DNA of 38,385 nucleotides. Origin: a virus. Below, one piece after another: positions 7,185 to 16,981 of this stretch. The notes under the pieces are model-generated. The model searched no databases. It was not told where the DNA came from and worked only from the letters and a program-made list of their open reading frames with translations. Position numbers and translations under genes: made by a program. Location: positions 1 through 38,385 of IMG/VR virus record IMGVR_UViG_3300021476_000010; one strand, 5' to 3'. Numbering within the stretch: the stretch's first letter is position 1; every line of letters starts with the position of its first letter.

Positions 7185-8090
7185 TTATTCTTCCTTAAGT
7201 ACAGTCTCTAGCGCCGGTATAGTAGACTTATCGGGTATTTTACTTATATCTCCAATAGGAATATTCATAGCTTCTAATTCTTCTGCATTAGTATCTCCCG
7301 CCGTAATTAAAGATAATTTTTGATGGGTTCTATGAGATATTTCTATTTTTTCCTGACTAACAATATTTTTAATTCTATTAATTCCTGCCCGAATAACAGT
7401 AGGATTAGTACCAGCTTTTCCAATTCCAGCAATAATATTATTAATTTCAGCCATCGCAGTTCTATTATTACCAAGTGCTTTTTGCGCAGTAGAAGCTAAT
7501 TCTCGTAAAGTATTATTATATTTAGCGGCCTCAGGGGCCATATAACTTTGTAATACTCCTGAAGGTAGAAATTTACCTAATCTTTCAATACTTGAAGATT
7601 TTTTAGATAGCATATTCTTAAAAGCATCTTCGATACCGCTAATACCATTTTCTGCATTTTCAATATCTTTTAATTCCCTATCTCTATCTGTATATATTTT
7701 TATGATGGATTTAGTATCAATTTTAGAAGAAGGATAAAGAACTTTATAGGCTTGAGGTGTTAGATTTCGGCCAGTTTTAGGGTCTGGTATTAAATTAGCT
7801 TGTGCCATTTTCTCTACGTGTTTTTCTATGTTAGTAAGTCTTTCTTCTCGTAATTCGGTTTGTTTAGTTGTAGCTAAATTTCTAGCTGCCTGCGATCGTT
7901 CTAGTAGCATCTTTTCCGCTTGTTCCAGTCTAGCTTGTTTAGCCTGTTGTGCTTGTGCTCTTATTTGTCTTCCAGCGAGTAATCCAGATAGACCAGATTG
8001 AAGTGCAGCAGCAGGATTAGAGGCCGCCTGTTGTGCTGCTAAAAGTTCTTCATATGAAGGTAATCCTGATGTAATATCAGAACGTGCCAT
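7185..8090 (-). CDS. Coiled-coil Gln/Ala-rich virion protein (internal protein candidate)
   Basis: Starts 2 nt from the neighbouring gene. QAQQAKQARLEQAEKMLLER-type heptads. Confidence 0.45.
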   Translation of the reverse strand: MARSDITSGLPSYEELLAAQQAASNPAAALQSGLSGLLAGRQIRAQAQQAKQARLEQAEKMLLERSQAARNLATTKQTELREERLTNIEKHVEKMAQANLIPDPKTGRNLTPQAYKVLYPSSKIDTKSIIKIYTDRDRELKDIENAENGISGIEDAFKNMLSKKSSSIERLGKFLPSGVLQSYMAPEAAKYNNTLRELASTAQKALGNNRTAMAEINNIIAGIGKAGTNPTVIRAGINRIKNIVSQEKIEISHRTHQKLSLITAGDTNAEELEAMNIPIGDISKIPDKSTIPALETVLKEE

Positions 8091-8091
8091 A

Positions 8092-8940
8092 TTATTGTCC
8101 TCCTGGTAACTGATCTTCTGTTACATTAGGATTATAACCAGCAGGAGCTAAATTACTACCAGCAATAGCACCAGGAATACCACCGGCAAAAGCTCCTATA
8201 GCAGTACCGCCGATACCGAGTAAAGCATTAAGAGTGGCCTGTCTATTTGCAGCAGCAGCTTGTTGTTGCGCTAAGGTCTGAGAGGCTTTAAATTCTTCTA
8301 GTCCAATAATATCTGAAGTAGTTCCACTTTCAATCCCAAGTAGTTGGTTAGCATTATTAATTAAATCCGATCTTCCTGAATTATAAATATCTAATAAAGT
8401 TTGCTTATCTACACCTGTTTTATCCATAATATATTGCTCATCTAAATTGTATACTTGATTTAATGCCTGATTACGAGTATTTAAAGCCTGTTGAGTTAAC
8501 TGTGTTTCACCTTGAGCAATATTTGCTACAGCAGTTTGTGGTATACCAGCAAGTGTAGCCCCAGCATACCCACGCTGTAATCCTCCTGTAGCTGCTAATG
8601 ATTCTCGTGCAGCGGCTTGCGCTTCAGGTACAGCACCGAGTACACGTTGTTTTAGTATATCAGATAATTGTTGTCCCTGAATATTAGTTTGTTGTCCAAT
8701 ATCTTTTAAAAATTGCGCAGAACGATTAGCTGCTGATGTAGCACCAGCTTGCTGAGCAGCGTTAACCTGTGGTAATAAAGCTGTATTTAACCCTTGTAAG
8801 CTACCAGTTTCAGTACCAACAATTCCTTTCTGTGTTTGTGCTCTTTGTTTTACTAGGTTTTCAAGTGGAGTAACATCTATCGGTTGGACAGTACTTCCAC
8901 CTCCACCCCCGCCAAATATATCCGACAAAAAATTAGCCAT
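8092..8940 (-). CDS. Gln/Ala/Gly-rich virion protein (internal protein candidate)
   Basis: N-terminal GGGGGS, Q/A-rich body and a Gly-rich hydrophobic C-terminus GIGGTAIGAFAGGIPGAIAG. Confidence 0.45.
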   Translation of the reverse strand: MANFLSDIFGGGGGGSTVQPIDVTPLENLVKQRAQTQKGIVGTETGSLQGLNTALLPQVNAAQQAGATSAANRSAQFLKDIGQQTNIQGQQLSDILKQRVLGAVPEAQAAARESLAATGGLQRGYAGATLAGIPQTAVANIAQGETQLTQQALNTRNQALNQVYNLDEQYIMDKTGVDKQTLLDIYNSGRSDLINNANQLLGIESGTTSDIIGLEEFKASQTLAQQQAAAANRQATLNALLGIGGTAIGAFAGGIPGAIAGSNLAPAGYNPNVTEDQLPGGQ

Positions 8941-8949
8941 AAATAACTC

Positions 8950-9204
8950 CTAAGATAATAAAACTCGTTTCCACCCTAATGGGTTTGGATATTTTATATA
9001 AAGATATGGTGTATTGTTTAATACAACTGGTATAAGATCATTAATTTGTCCTTCAGATTCTGAAGGTGCAGTTGTTCTATAAAAATGATTATGAGACTGT
9101 TCAAATAAATCTTCAAAGTTTTGCTGGATAATTTGTGAAAAATCTTTTAAACTTGTATCAGTCTTAGTAGGAGGTGGAACGGCTTGATTTTGAATTCTAG
9201 ACAT
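8950..9204 (-). CDS. Hypothetical virion-module protein (84 aa)
   Basis: Start overlaps the stop of the 998-aa gene by 8 nt. Confidence 0.5.
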   Translation of the reverse strand: MSRIQNQAVPPPTKTDTSLKDFSQIIQQNFEDLFEQSHNHFYRTTAPSESEGQINDLIPVVLNNTPYLYIKYPNPLGWKRVLLS

Positions 9205-12193
9205 TGATTAGTTCTCCTTCTCTAACCCAAGCATCTATAACAAATTGATGTAGCTGAACTGCATTTAAATCATTACTATTAACTCGTATATTAATAGTCT
9301 TTCCTTCTTGTAATGTACTAAAGGGAGGAGTTAATCGTTTAACAAAACGAGATAAATCAGAGGTAGTTACAATAGTAGTTGTTCCTAATGTAGCATCTTG
9401 CAATAGAATCCAAGTAGTACCTCTATCTATAGAGTAATAAAAAGTATACGATGCCCCTGTATTTAATCCTGTTACGTAGATTTTACGAAGAATTTTAGTT
9501 TTATCATCTCTACCAAAATTAAATGCTTTAGTTTCTACGTTTAATTCGATTGTTGTTCCATTATCACTTGTACCTTGTAAGAATTTAAATATTTGACCAA
9601 GATTAGCATCACCAAAATACGGTTCATTAAAAAATAAAGAAAATGTATTAATGGATAGCCCACGATAAATTCTCCATCTTCCATTTTGGTCATATAGGAT
9701 AATTACATTATTTTTAGATTGACCAAGTTCCGCTGCTGCGAGTGCGTAGTATTTATTATAAAAAATAGACGCAGCACGAACGCTTGAAATAGAAGTAAGA
9801 AACCAATTGATAGTTACACTTTTAATCGTTGGAATTGCGTCAGCAGTAGAGGTAATAATTACTTTCCATTGAACAAATTGAAGTGGTGTAACTCCTGAGG
9901 GAGGAAAATCTCCATTAGTGACTGTAAAAAATGTGGCTAAAGATAATCCAAATGAAGTAGATGCACTTCTCATTTGAAATTGAACTGTGCCATCATTTGT
10001 AATGAATGTAGATTGAAATATATCCCAACCTGCGGGAGTTGTCGCCGTATCTATAGCAGACGATATTAGATTTGCTACAATAGTCCAGGTAAAAACTAAA
10101 GAAGTAACAAAAGGAGTTACAGTATCGTCACTTGTTGCTGTCAATACTAATTGAATTTTTGCATATCTTTGTACTACTTCGGTACCAAAGGGAACAAATG
10201 AAGTGTAAGTTATATTGTCTGGTGATGTAGCGATTGTCATAAAAATACTAGTGCCGATAGGTGTAGTTGAATTTAAAGTTAAACTATTATATACCGTACT
10301 ATCAGATGTTGTATCAATGGCCTCACTTATCCAGGTAGATGTATTTTGAAATGTTAAAACAATATTTTCTACAAAAAAATTACGATCTGGCGGCGCATTA
10401 AAAGGTGTCGATGCTGTTACTCTAACTCTCCAATAGCGTTTTCCAGATAAAGAAAGAACAGCATCACCATTTAATCCTACAATAGTTTGTGAAGTTTCAG
10501 GGCCAAGAGTAAAACTAGGATCACTACTGCCCTCTACAATCGTAGTTAAAGTATCAAAAGATGAGGGCTGAAAAACAGGCCAGGAACTATCTTGGTGCAC
10601 AGTAGTTGGAATAGCTCCTGAAGGAGAACCGGTATCATAAACGGCAGACAACCATGAGCCGGACTCTGGATACGCAGACAGTGGAAATGCTAATTTCGGG
10701 CCAAAACTGATAAGCATATCTCCATAAGCTGTTCCTTGAGTTAAATCAGGTCTAAAAATTACCGGAGTTTTAAGAAGATTGTCACCTAATTCTGTAACTG
10801 TATTATTATTAACTGATCCTCCATTCCAGTCGTTGTGGGACTGCCAAAGATGCTTGGGATTTTCCGTTGTTATAAAACCAGGATCAGAAAGTAGATCAAT
10901 ACCGGCAGATGCTGTTCCTCCCTCAAAATCTGCTTGTGTAGATTGTGTATTTCGTCCTTTGATTTGTTGTGCTTGCTGTATATTAAAATTAACTAAATCT
11001 TCAATCGAATCACTGAGATAGCTTATAGAACTACCATTAGTACCATAAATTCCTTTATCACTTAACCAAATAAGAATTGGTACACCCTCTATAGTCCGAA
11101 TTTGAATAGAACGGTTATCTACGCAGCCTACATTACCCGGAACTTCAGAATATCTAAATTCCTCTTGCCGACGCCCTAAAATTTGCCCAATAGAGTTCCG
11201 ATTAAAAACCCAAACTTTATCATTAAAGACAACGAGAGCCGTAATAGGGTCACGGGGATTACAAGTAAGTTCTGTATCTGATCCCCAAATATCTGGTAAT
11301 CCAGCTTGGCTATAAAATAATGTAGAAGGGCTTCCTGCTACTCCTGCACCCCATAACCTATCTAAATGTTCTACAACAAGAGAAAATTGAGGTGGAACAT
11401 TATTATCAGTTGGGATTGGTGCAGTACCTATAGATGCCGTATCAACAAAAATTGTAGTAGTATTATCAAATATTTCTCCTACAAGCAGCCATACTCCATC
11501 ATCATTATCCCTGTATATATTTCTGGCCGTAACTCCGTATCCACCAATAGGAATAGCTGTTAAATTTACAGTATTGTTAGGGTTAGTTACTGTATGCAAT
11601 GTTGAAGTAGGGCCACCATTTGACTCTTCAAAATCATAATAAAGAAAGGTAATTTTATAGGTATGCCCACCAGCAGGTACATTACCTCCTGCACTATCAG
11701 CAGCAAAAGTAGGAGCAGAACCAGGAGATTGTGCGCCAGCATTTTTAGTTCTCGGTACAGAATAAGTAACACCACCATAAGATGCGGTACGGTCATAAAC
11801 TTGTGATGGATTAATTCCATTACCGAAATAAACTCTATCTAAATAAATTGCGAACTCAAAATTACCATTAGATGAATAGCCGGAAGTAACGCTGGTAAAT
11901 GTAGTGTCTCCTGAACTATATTTTAATGTTCCGCTATTGACTTCTAAAAGATGGTGTGCTCCGTCGGAGAAAACGGCCTCATATTGATCTTTAGGAGGAC
12001 TACCAAAATCTACTGCATTATAGACAGTTGTTCCCAATCTTTTGGTAATTACTCCTTTAGTGTTAGTGTCTGTATTTTTAGTATTACCAGTAAAATCATC
12101 AGCAGATACAAATATAGAGTCAGCAGGGTACTTAGTATTCGTATTTCCCCATCCGGCAGATGACTGTGGTATGGTAATTTCTAATTTTTTCAT
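9197..12193 (-). CDS. Large tail protein (tail-tubular-B/nozzle-like candidate), 998 aa
   Basis: Largest ORF in the virion arm. It is beta-rich with a G/S/T/N composition. The assignment comes from size and position only. Confidence 0.5.
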   Translation of the reverse strand: MKKLEITIPQSSAGWGNTNTKYPADSIFVSADDFTGNTKNTDTNTKGVITKRLGTTVYNAVDFGSPPKDQYEAVFSDGAHHLLEVNSGTLKYSSGDTTFTSVTSGYSSNGNFEFAIYLDRVYFGNGINPSQVYDRTASYGGVTYSVPRTKNAGAQSPGSAPTFAADSAGGNVPAGGHTYKITFLYYDFEESNGGPTSTLHTVTNPNNTVNLTAIPIGGYGVTARNIYRDNDDGVWLLVGEIFDNTTTIFVDTASIGTAPIPTDNNVPPQFSLVVEHLDRLWGAGVAGSPSTLFYSQAGLPDIWGSDTELTCNPRDPITALVVFNDKVWVFNRNSIGQILGRRQEEFRYSEVPGNVGCVDNRSIQIRTIEGVPILIWLSDKGIYGTNGSSISYLSDSIEDLVNFNIQQAQQIKGRNTQSTQADFEGGTASAGIDLLSDPGFITTENPKHLWQSHNDWNGGSVNNNTVTELGDNLLKTPVIFRPDLTQGTAYGDMLISFGPKLAFPLSAYPESGSWLSAVYDTGSPSGAIPTTVHQDSSWPVFQPSSFDTLTTIVEGSSDPSFTLGPETSQTIVGLNGDAVLSLSGKRYWRVRVTASTPFNAPPDRNFFVENIVLTFQNTSTWISEAIDTTSDSTVYNSLTLNSTTPIGTSIFMTIATSPDNITYTSFVPFGTEVVQRYAKIQLVLTATSDDTVTPFVTSLVFTWTIVANLISSAIDTATTPAGWDIFQSTFITNDGTVQFQMRSASTSFGLSLATFFTVTNGDFPPSGVTPLQFVQWKVIITSTADAIPTIKSVTINWFLTSISSVRAASIFYNKYYALAAAELGQSKNNVIILYDQNGRWRIYRGLSINTFSLFFNEPYFGDANLGQIFKFLQGTSDNGTTIELNVETKAFNFGRDDKTKILRKIYVTGLNTGASYTFYYSIDRGTTWILLQDATLGTTTIVTTSDLSRFVKRLTPPFSTLQEGKTINIRVNSNDLNAVQLHQFVIDAWVREGELINV

Positions 12194-13137
12194 ACTTCAC
12201 TTTCCCATAAGTTTTGAACAGGATTTCTATTGATACTAAGCCAATCAGTTAACGGAATAATTTCATTCAATGCCTTATTAGTAATCTCTCGTCTAACAAA
12301 ATCACTTAAAAATATAAACTCCATAGACCTTTTATTAGGAATACGACTATTAACATCTGTCGAAGTAACAGCCTCATTAAAACTTCGGAGATAAGTTGCA
12401 ATACGATTAAATGTATCAGATGAGACTAAATTTTCAAATAATGGCACTAAAGTACTAAATGATAATGCAAATTGCTGAGATAGATTATATCTAGAGGTAT
12501 TATATGTGGGAATATTATACTGAGCGGCTGTACTAGAAGAACTATCTGCGACTGCTTGTATATCTGTTAATAACCTAAACAATAGCTTATTAGAAGCATC
12601 TGTTAATGTAATCATTTCTCCTGCGACAAAAAAACTATCAAAATCTGTTAATGACGAAATAAAAGGAGTAATTGATTCATTATACAGTGGTTTAGGCTGT
12701 TTTGTTAAACTATCTAAACTAGATATGGCCTCTAAAAATGCTGCTAATGCTATTAGTTTAGCAATACTATCAGTAGGAGTAACAGCTTCCGCAAAAGATT
12801 GGGATAAAAATTTAGTTAATATATCAGTATTACTAATAGATTCTAATAAAAGTTTAATATTGTTAAAAAATACATTATTATCAGCGTCAATAACTGTTTC
12901 TACTTTAGTAGTTGAAATTAAACTGAATCTATTATCAGTAGGCGAAGTACTTTCAGTAAGTGCGCCTTGATTAAAATTTAAACTTCGAGTATCCGTACTT
13001 GTAATACTTTCGGTACGTACAGGTTGTATTGTTTTAACTAAAGTATCAGTTTCAGTTAATGATTCTGATAAATTTTCTGCAAAAACAGTAATATTATATT
13101 CAGCAGTATTATATTCTGCTGTATTATATTCAGGCAT
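12190..13137 (-). CDS. Repeat-containing tail-associated protein (315 aa)
   Basis: N-terminal PEYNT-AEYNT-AEYNI plus at least 10 copies of an E-x-(I/L/V)-(T/S)-x-(T/S)-D motif spaced roughly every 15-20 aa. Confidence 0.6.
   Translation of the reverse strand: MPEYNTAEYNTAEYNITVFAENLSESLTETDTLVKTIQPVRTESITSTDTRSLNFNQGALTESTSPTDNRFSLISTTKVETVIDADNNVFFNNIKLLLESISNTDILTKFLSQSFAEAVTPTDSIAKLIALAAFLEAISSLDSLTKQPKPLYNESITPFISSLTDFDSFFVAGEMITLTDASNKLLFRLLTDIQAVADSSSSTAAQYNIPTYNTSRYNLSQQFALSFSTLVPLFENLVSSDTFNRIATYLRSFNEAVTSTDVNSRIPNKRSMEFIFLSDFVRREITNKALNEIIPLTDWLSINRNPVQNLWESEV
13093..13137 (-). repeat. Three tandem in-frame 15-bp repeats at the 5' end of the repeat-protein gene
   Basis: Plus strand reads attatattcagcagt / attatattctgctgt / attatattcaggcat. 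Confidence 0.85.
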
Positions 13138-13141
13138 AAAA

Positions 13142-13303
13142 TTAATTAATAATTACATTATTTAAACCATAAGTATTTATATCAGACTGTAATTTAGTAT
13201 AATCTTTATTACCTAAATCAGTAGGAATAGTAACATTATCAGTTATCCTCTCATAAATAGTAACATTATTTACAGAGTCAACTATTTTTTTATATTGAAC
13301 CAT
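13142..13303 (-). CDS. Mini protein (53 aa)
   Basis: Not in the ORF track. AAGAGG RBS. MVQYKKIVDSVNNVTIYERITDNVTIPTDLGNKDYTKLQSDINTYGLNNVIIN. It fills the gap between the fibre gene and the repeat gene. Confidence 0.5.
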   Translation of the reverse strand: MVQYKKIVDSVNNVTIYERITDNVTIPTDLGNKDYTKLQSDINTYGLNNVIIN

Positions 13304-13315
13304 ATAATATACCTC

Positions 13316-14713
13316 TTAAAGTAGTTCTGAATTAGCAGTGAAATGACCTGAAGCAAATACTTCAGATGCAACTACTTGAAATGTATAATAAGTTTTAACT
13401 GTAGAACTAAGATTTGGATTGCGCAAAGTAGCACCACCAGCCGATGTAAAAAATTGCCAGGTTCCTGAATCTCCATTATTACTCCATGCGGTCATACTTG
13501 GAGCAGTACGTTTTTCTACATGAAATGGTCTTGTACTACCGTAAGAAGTATTCGCTCCTCCTGCTGAAGTAGTAGTAAATTGCTCTGCACCACCGACTGA
13601 ACCTAATGCAGTTTCAAGTGGATAGCTTTTTTCAAAATATCTTTCACAACGATGAATTAATAAATCGAGTGGTATATGCTCAAAAGCTGTTGCATTAGTA
13701 CCAATTTCTAGTTGCACACCTGTAAAGTTAATAGTGGCATTAAGCGTTTGAATTAAATCTACAGTTCCGGTAGGAGAATAGAATTTTCCTGTTTGCCACA
13801 CATTAGGGGATGCGCTTTTAAAAGCGCTATTAGCTCCTAAAGAAAACATAACTTCCATTCCAATTGCAGTAGTAATAGACCAAGTTCCTGCTGTATCTCC
13901 ACTAATAGCAATAGTTTTTTGCTCCCACGTATTTGCATTATTAATAGTAAACGAAAATGGATAAGATCGATTTTCTGTTCCGTTTAATATTGATCCCCCA
14001 TAAGTCCCTGTCATTGATCCTTTAACCCAAAATGAAAGAAATAATGCTTGAGCATCGGCAAATCCAAATCTAAAATCAGCAAGAAAATTTCCTTCCATAG
14101 GTTGAATAATACGATAACTAACATTAGCTGCTAATGTTAAATCAGTGCTAGTTATCGTAGTAATTATTGAGTTACGAAATCCTCCTGAATTTGGAACATC
14201 TGTAACTCGCTGTAATGTAAAAGCACCAGCCGAACTACCTTGTCCCATCCAATGATCTGCGGAATAAAAAGTAGACGCTGAATTTACTGTAATTAATGCA
14301 CCGACATTACGTTGATCTATAATCATTTCACCATTTAAAATTCTATTACGTCCTAATCCAATAAAAGTAGGTTGTAATACTTGTTCTAGTGCTTCAATTT
14401 CATTTTTAATAACATTGTGATGAGCCGCAACAATATTATGAAATACCTGCACGGACATGGAATGAGATGCAGCAGTAGTACCATCTGCTCCTCGTGTACA
14501 GCCAGTAAAACTATTACCCCCACTAAGTCCTGTATATGCGATTATTTCTGAATCAATAGAAATAAAGCCTGCGCTAGGGAATCCAGTAGTAGAACTTACA
14601 TGAACTGTAGTTGCACCGGCTGTAAGAGGATTATCTGTTAAGGTCGTAGCAAGATTATTTACGGCTATATATAAATTGCTATCAGTGGATATTGAACTAG
14701 GAAAATTTGGCAT
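13316..14713 (-). CDS. Tail fibre / receptor-binding protein candidate
   Basis: The N-terminus matches a common fibre-anchor pattern (TTVHVSSTTGFPSAGFISIDSEIIAYTG...FTGCTRGADGTTAASH...HHNVIKNEIEALE). The C-terminal domain is beta-rich. GGAGG RBS. Confidence 0.6.
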   Translation of the reverse strand: MPNFPSSISTDSNLYIAVNNLATTLTDNPLTAGATTVHVSSTTGFPSAGFISIDSEIIAYTGLSGGNSFTGCTRGADGTTAASHSMSVQVFHNIVAAHHNVIKNEIEALEQVLQPTFIGLGRNRILNGEMIIDQRNVGALITVNSASTFYSADHWMGQGSSAGAFTLQRVTDVPNSGGFRNSIITTITSTDLTLAANVSYRIIQPMEGNFLADFRFGFADAQALFLSFWVKGSMTGTYGGSILNGTENRSYPFSFTINNANTWEQKTIAISGDTAGTWSITTAIGMEVMFSLGANSAFKSASPNVWQTGKFYSPTGTVDLIQTLNATINFTGVQLEIGTNATAFEHIPLDLLIHRCERYFEKSYPLETALGSVGGAEQFTTTSAGGANTSYGSTRPFHVEKRTAPSMTAWSNNGDSGTWQFFTSAGGATLRNPNLSSTVKTYYTFQVVASEVFASGHFTANSELL

Positions 14714-14758
14714 AATATATACCTCCTATAGTTTTATTAATGCCTAAGTAAATAAAAC

Positions 14759-15202
14759 TTAGGAAAATGTAACCTGCCAAGTCACCTGAAGTGTATCACC
14801 AGCACCCTTATTAATTACTGCAAATGTCTGCCGTGCAAACATAGTACCAGAGCTAGAAACTGAAAATAAACCAGATTCGGTAATTGCACCTGTATCAACA
14901 CCGGGGCCAAATGATGCTACGTTCTGCCACACATTCGTTGAACTAGTCAAAGTTCCTTGAACACGTGTAGATAGCTCTGTTTGAAGTGTTGTATCACTAG
15001 CCATAGCTGCATTGGTTCCAGTTCCAAGAGCGACATATGACATGAACTCTCCGGCCTGAGAAGCCGCAGCTAGCCAAGTAGCAAGATAGTTCTTTCCAAC
15101 TGTAACAACTATGTTATCAACTTCTTTTGTTTCTTTAAGGTTACCATCAGAATCAAATAAAACGAATTTGATGTGACCTTTTACTTTTAATTTTTCTTCC
15201 AT
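14759..15202 (-). CDS. Conserved small virion protein (147 aa)
   Basis: Pattern NIVVTVGKNYLA...YVALGTGTNA...DTTLQTE...ITESGLF resembles a recurrent phage structural family of unknown role (recalled from memory). Confidence 0.5.
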   Translation of the reverse strand: MEEKLKVKGHIKFVLFDSDGNLKETKEVDNIVVTVGKNYLATWLAAASQAGEFMSYVALGTGTNAAMASDTTLQTELSTRVQGTLTSSTNVWQNVASFGPGVDTGAITESGLFSVSSSGTMFARQTFAVINKGAGDTLQVTWQVTFS

Positions 15203-15226
15203 TTTAATCTCCTATATTTCTTTTTA

Positions 15227-15940
15227 CTAAGACACACCACTAAAGGGATTGAAGCCGAATGTACTTGTTCCACCGCTAATTGGAAGTGCAGAAATAATAT
15301 CTAGTCGATATCGTTGATCTCCACTTCTCTTTTTAACCCACTTACGGGCTTCTCTAACACCATCAAAATATATCGCTCGTTGTTCAGCAGCATCGCCACG
15401 TTCTTTTTCTTTAGACCAGGCTTTCCATAAAACATAGGCTATTGCATATTCTTCAAAACTATCATCTATATTCATATCTTCAGTTGTTGTTAACAGTAAA
15501 ATAGGTTTTGCATTATAAAAAAGAACTATATTTAATCCAAATTTAGGGGTTGGAAAAAAGTTAAGTTCATAGTTAAAAATCCAATAATTTCGTGGTAAAT
15601 CAAAAGTAGTAGAATCTGTGGTCATAAAATCTGGATTTTCTTGAGCCATTTTTTCTAGGCGAGTTGGTTCTAGTCTTTTCCAGTCATCAACTAACGTAGA
15701 ATCCGCATTATTATTATTTACAAATACGGCTTTAGCACTTAACCAATCTCCTGGAAGTCTATAAGAACTGCGTCCAGGAACTAAAGTCATCATTGCTTTA
15801 TTTTCCATAATTCTAGTAAGATTATTAAAATGTCGTTCAAATCGATTTATCCAACCAAGAAGTTCGTCATCAGTCCAAAAACCTGCTACTGGTTCTACTA
15901 ACTCAGTACGAACTTGTGTTATAATATCTGATACTTTCAT
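15227..15940 (-). CDS. Head-tail adaptor / connector candidate
   Basis: The N-terminal FWTDDELLGWINRFERHF signature is typical of adaptor proteins. Position lies between the head and tail genes. Confidence 0.45.
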   Translation of the reverse strand: MKVSDIITQVRTELVEPVAGFWTDDELLGWINRFERHFNNLTRIMENKAMMTLVPGRSSYRLPGDWLSAKAVFVNNNNADSTLVDDWKRLEPTRLEKMAQENPDFMTTDSTTFDLPRNYWIFNYELNFFPTPKFGLNIVLFYNAKPILLLTTTEDMNIDDSFEEYAIAYVLWKAWSKEKERGDAAEQRAIYFDGVREARKWVKKRSGDQRYRLDIISALPISGGTSTFGFNPFSGVS

Positions 15941-15983
15941 ATTTTATCCTTATTTTATTACCTGAGAAATAGGAATAAAAATG

Positions 15984-16319
15984 CTACTTTGCACCAAGAC
16001 AAAAACTTTCAAAAGTAATAGAATCTGCATCATTAAAAGTCCAAAATATTCTAACATAATCACCAGTAGGAAATCCACCCGATAATGTAATTGTTATTAC
16101 ACCCGTCGCCGATAAATTTCCAGTTATTAAATTTGGTACATCTAACCAATTATTATTATCAACACTACATTGAACTTTAATTATAACATTTCCTAAATCT
16201 TGAGTTGAAATTTGAGTAATATTAACTACTAATGCCGTGACAATAAATCCTGGTTCAATAATTACCTCTCCATTTCCTGATGTTATTTCTTGATTTAATG
16301 GATGAAGTAATAATTGCAT
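15984..16319 (-). CDS. Small beta-rich virion-module protein (111 aa)
   Basis: Tightly packed ORF. No motif recognised. Confidence 0.5.
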   Translation of the reverse strand: MQLLLHPLNQEITSGNGEVIIEPGFIVTALVVNITQISTQDLGNVIIKVQCSVDNNNWLDVPNLITGNLSATGVITITLSGGFPTGDYVRIFWTFNDADSITFESFCLGAK

Positions 16320-16320
16320 A

Positions 16321-16902
16321 TTAAATTTCTGCCCAAATTATATTAATTACAGGACTCCGATTACTTCCATCTGCTTGACCAGTTATTAATAAAGAATTAT
16401 TATTATCTAAAAGTAATTCAAAGTCTAAATTTAATATTAAAGTTAAAGTATGATAATAACTTCCAACATTCCATGCGTTTAATTTTATTCCATTAGCAGT
16501 TATTACTGGTAAAAAAAATGGAGTGATTACAGCGACTGCACTTCCTCCAATATGTAAAGATGAAGTTGTTATCGATGTTCCATTAGTAGTTACCGTAGGA
16601 GATTTATATAAACGAAACTTAATAAATGAATCACTTGTTGAAAAATTGCTAAATTCTATCCGTCTAATTTTAGCTTGTTTACTACTACCAGAAGGATTTT
16701 TAAATAAAAGTAAAGCAGTTTCAGTTGTTCCTAATGTAGTAGTAGGTTCCGAACTTAAGACAAATAATTTATCGTTGTCTGATAAATAATATGGCACATT
16801 TTGAACTAGAGCTTGACCAACTGTTGTAACAGATACTTCATTAGCAGATTTATCTGTTATAACAACTTGTTGAGTATCTTGTACATATGGAAGATCAGAC
16901 AT
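16321..16902 (-). CDS. Beta-rich virion-module protein (193 aa)
   Basis: ATG at 16902 follows GGAGaaatta. The track ORF begins at an upstream TTG. Confidence 0.5.
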   Translation of the reverse strand: MSDLPYVQDTQQVVITDKSANEVSVTTVGQALVQNVPYYLSDNDKLFVLSSEPTTTLGTTETALLLFKNPSGSSKQAKIRRIEFSNFSTSDSFIKFRLYKSPTVTTNGTSITTSSLHIGGSAVAVITPFFLPVITANGIKLNAWNVGSYYHTLTLILNLDFELLLDNNNSLLITGQADGSNRSPVINIIWAEI

Positions 16903-16928
16903 TAATTTCTCCAAATCAGCGGGGTTGT

Positions 16929-16957
16929 TTATTGTGGTTATCCCCGCGCAGAATAGT
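16929..16957 (-). promoter_or_regulatory. GC-clamped stem-loop in an intergenic spacer
   Basis: gcgggg-(17 nt)-ccccgc lies between the stop at 16982 and the start at 16902. No U-tract follows it. Confidence 0.3.
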
Positions 16958-16981
16958 TATATTCTTTCCCACACCAAACTA

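Noticed and set aside
10779-12233. Track ORFs 10779-11021(+), 11366-11563(+), 11587-11820(-), 11951-12163(+) and 12042-12233(+) inside or antisense to the 998-aa tail gene
   Set aside because: All lie within a long, well-supported ORF. They have low-complexity or hydrophobic translations and no RBS, so they are shadow frames.
13316-14713. Diversity-generating retroelement targeting the tail fibre
   Set aside because: No reverse transcriptase ORF exists anywhere in the genome, and I saw no template/variable repeat pair for the fibre C-terminus.
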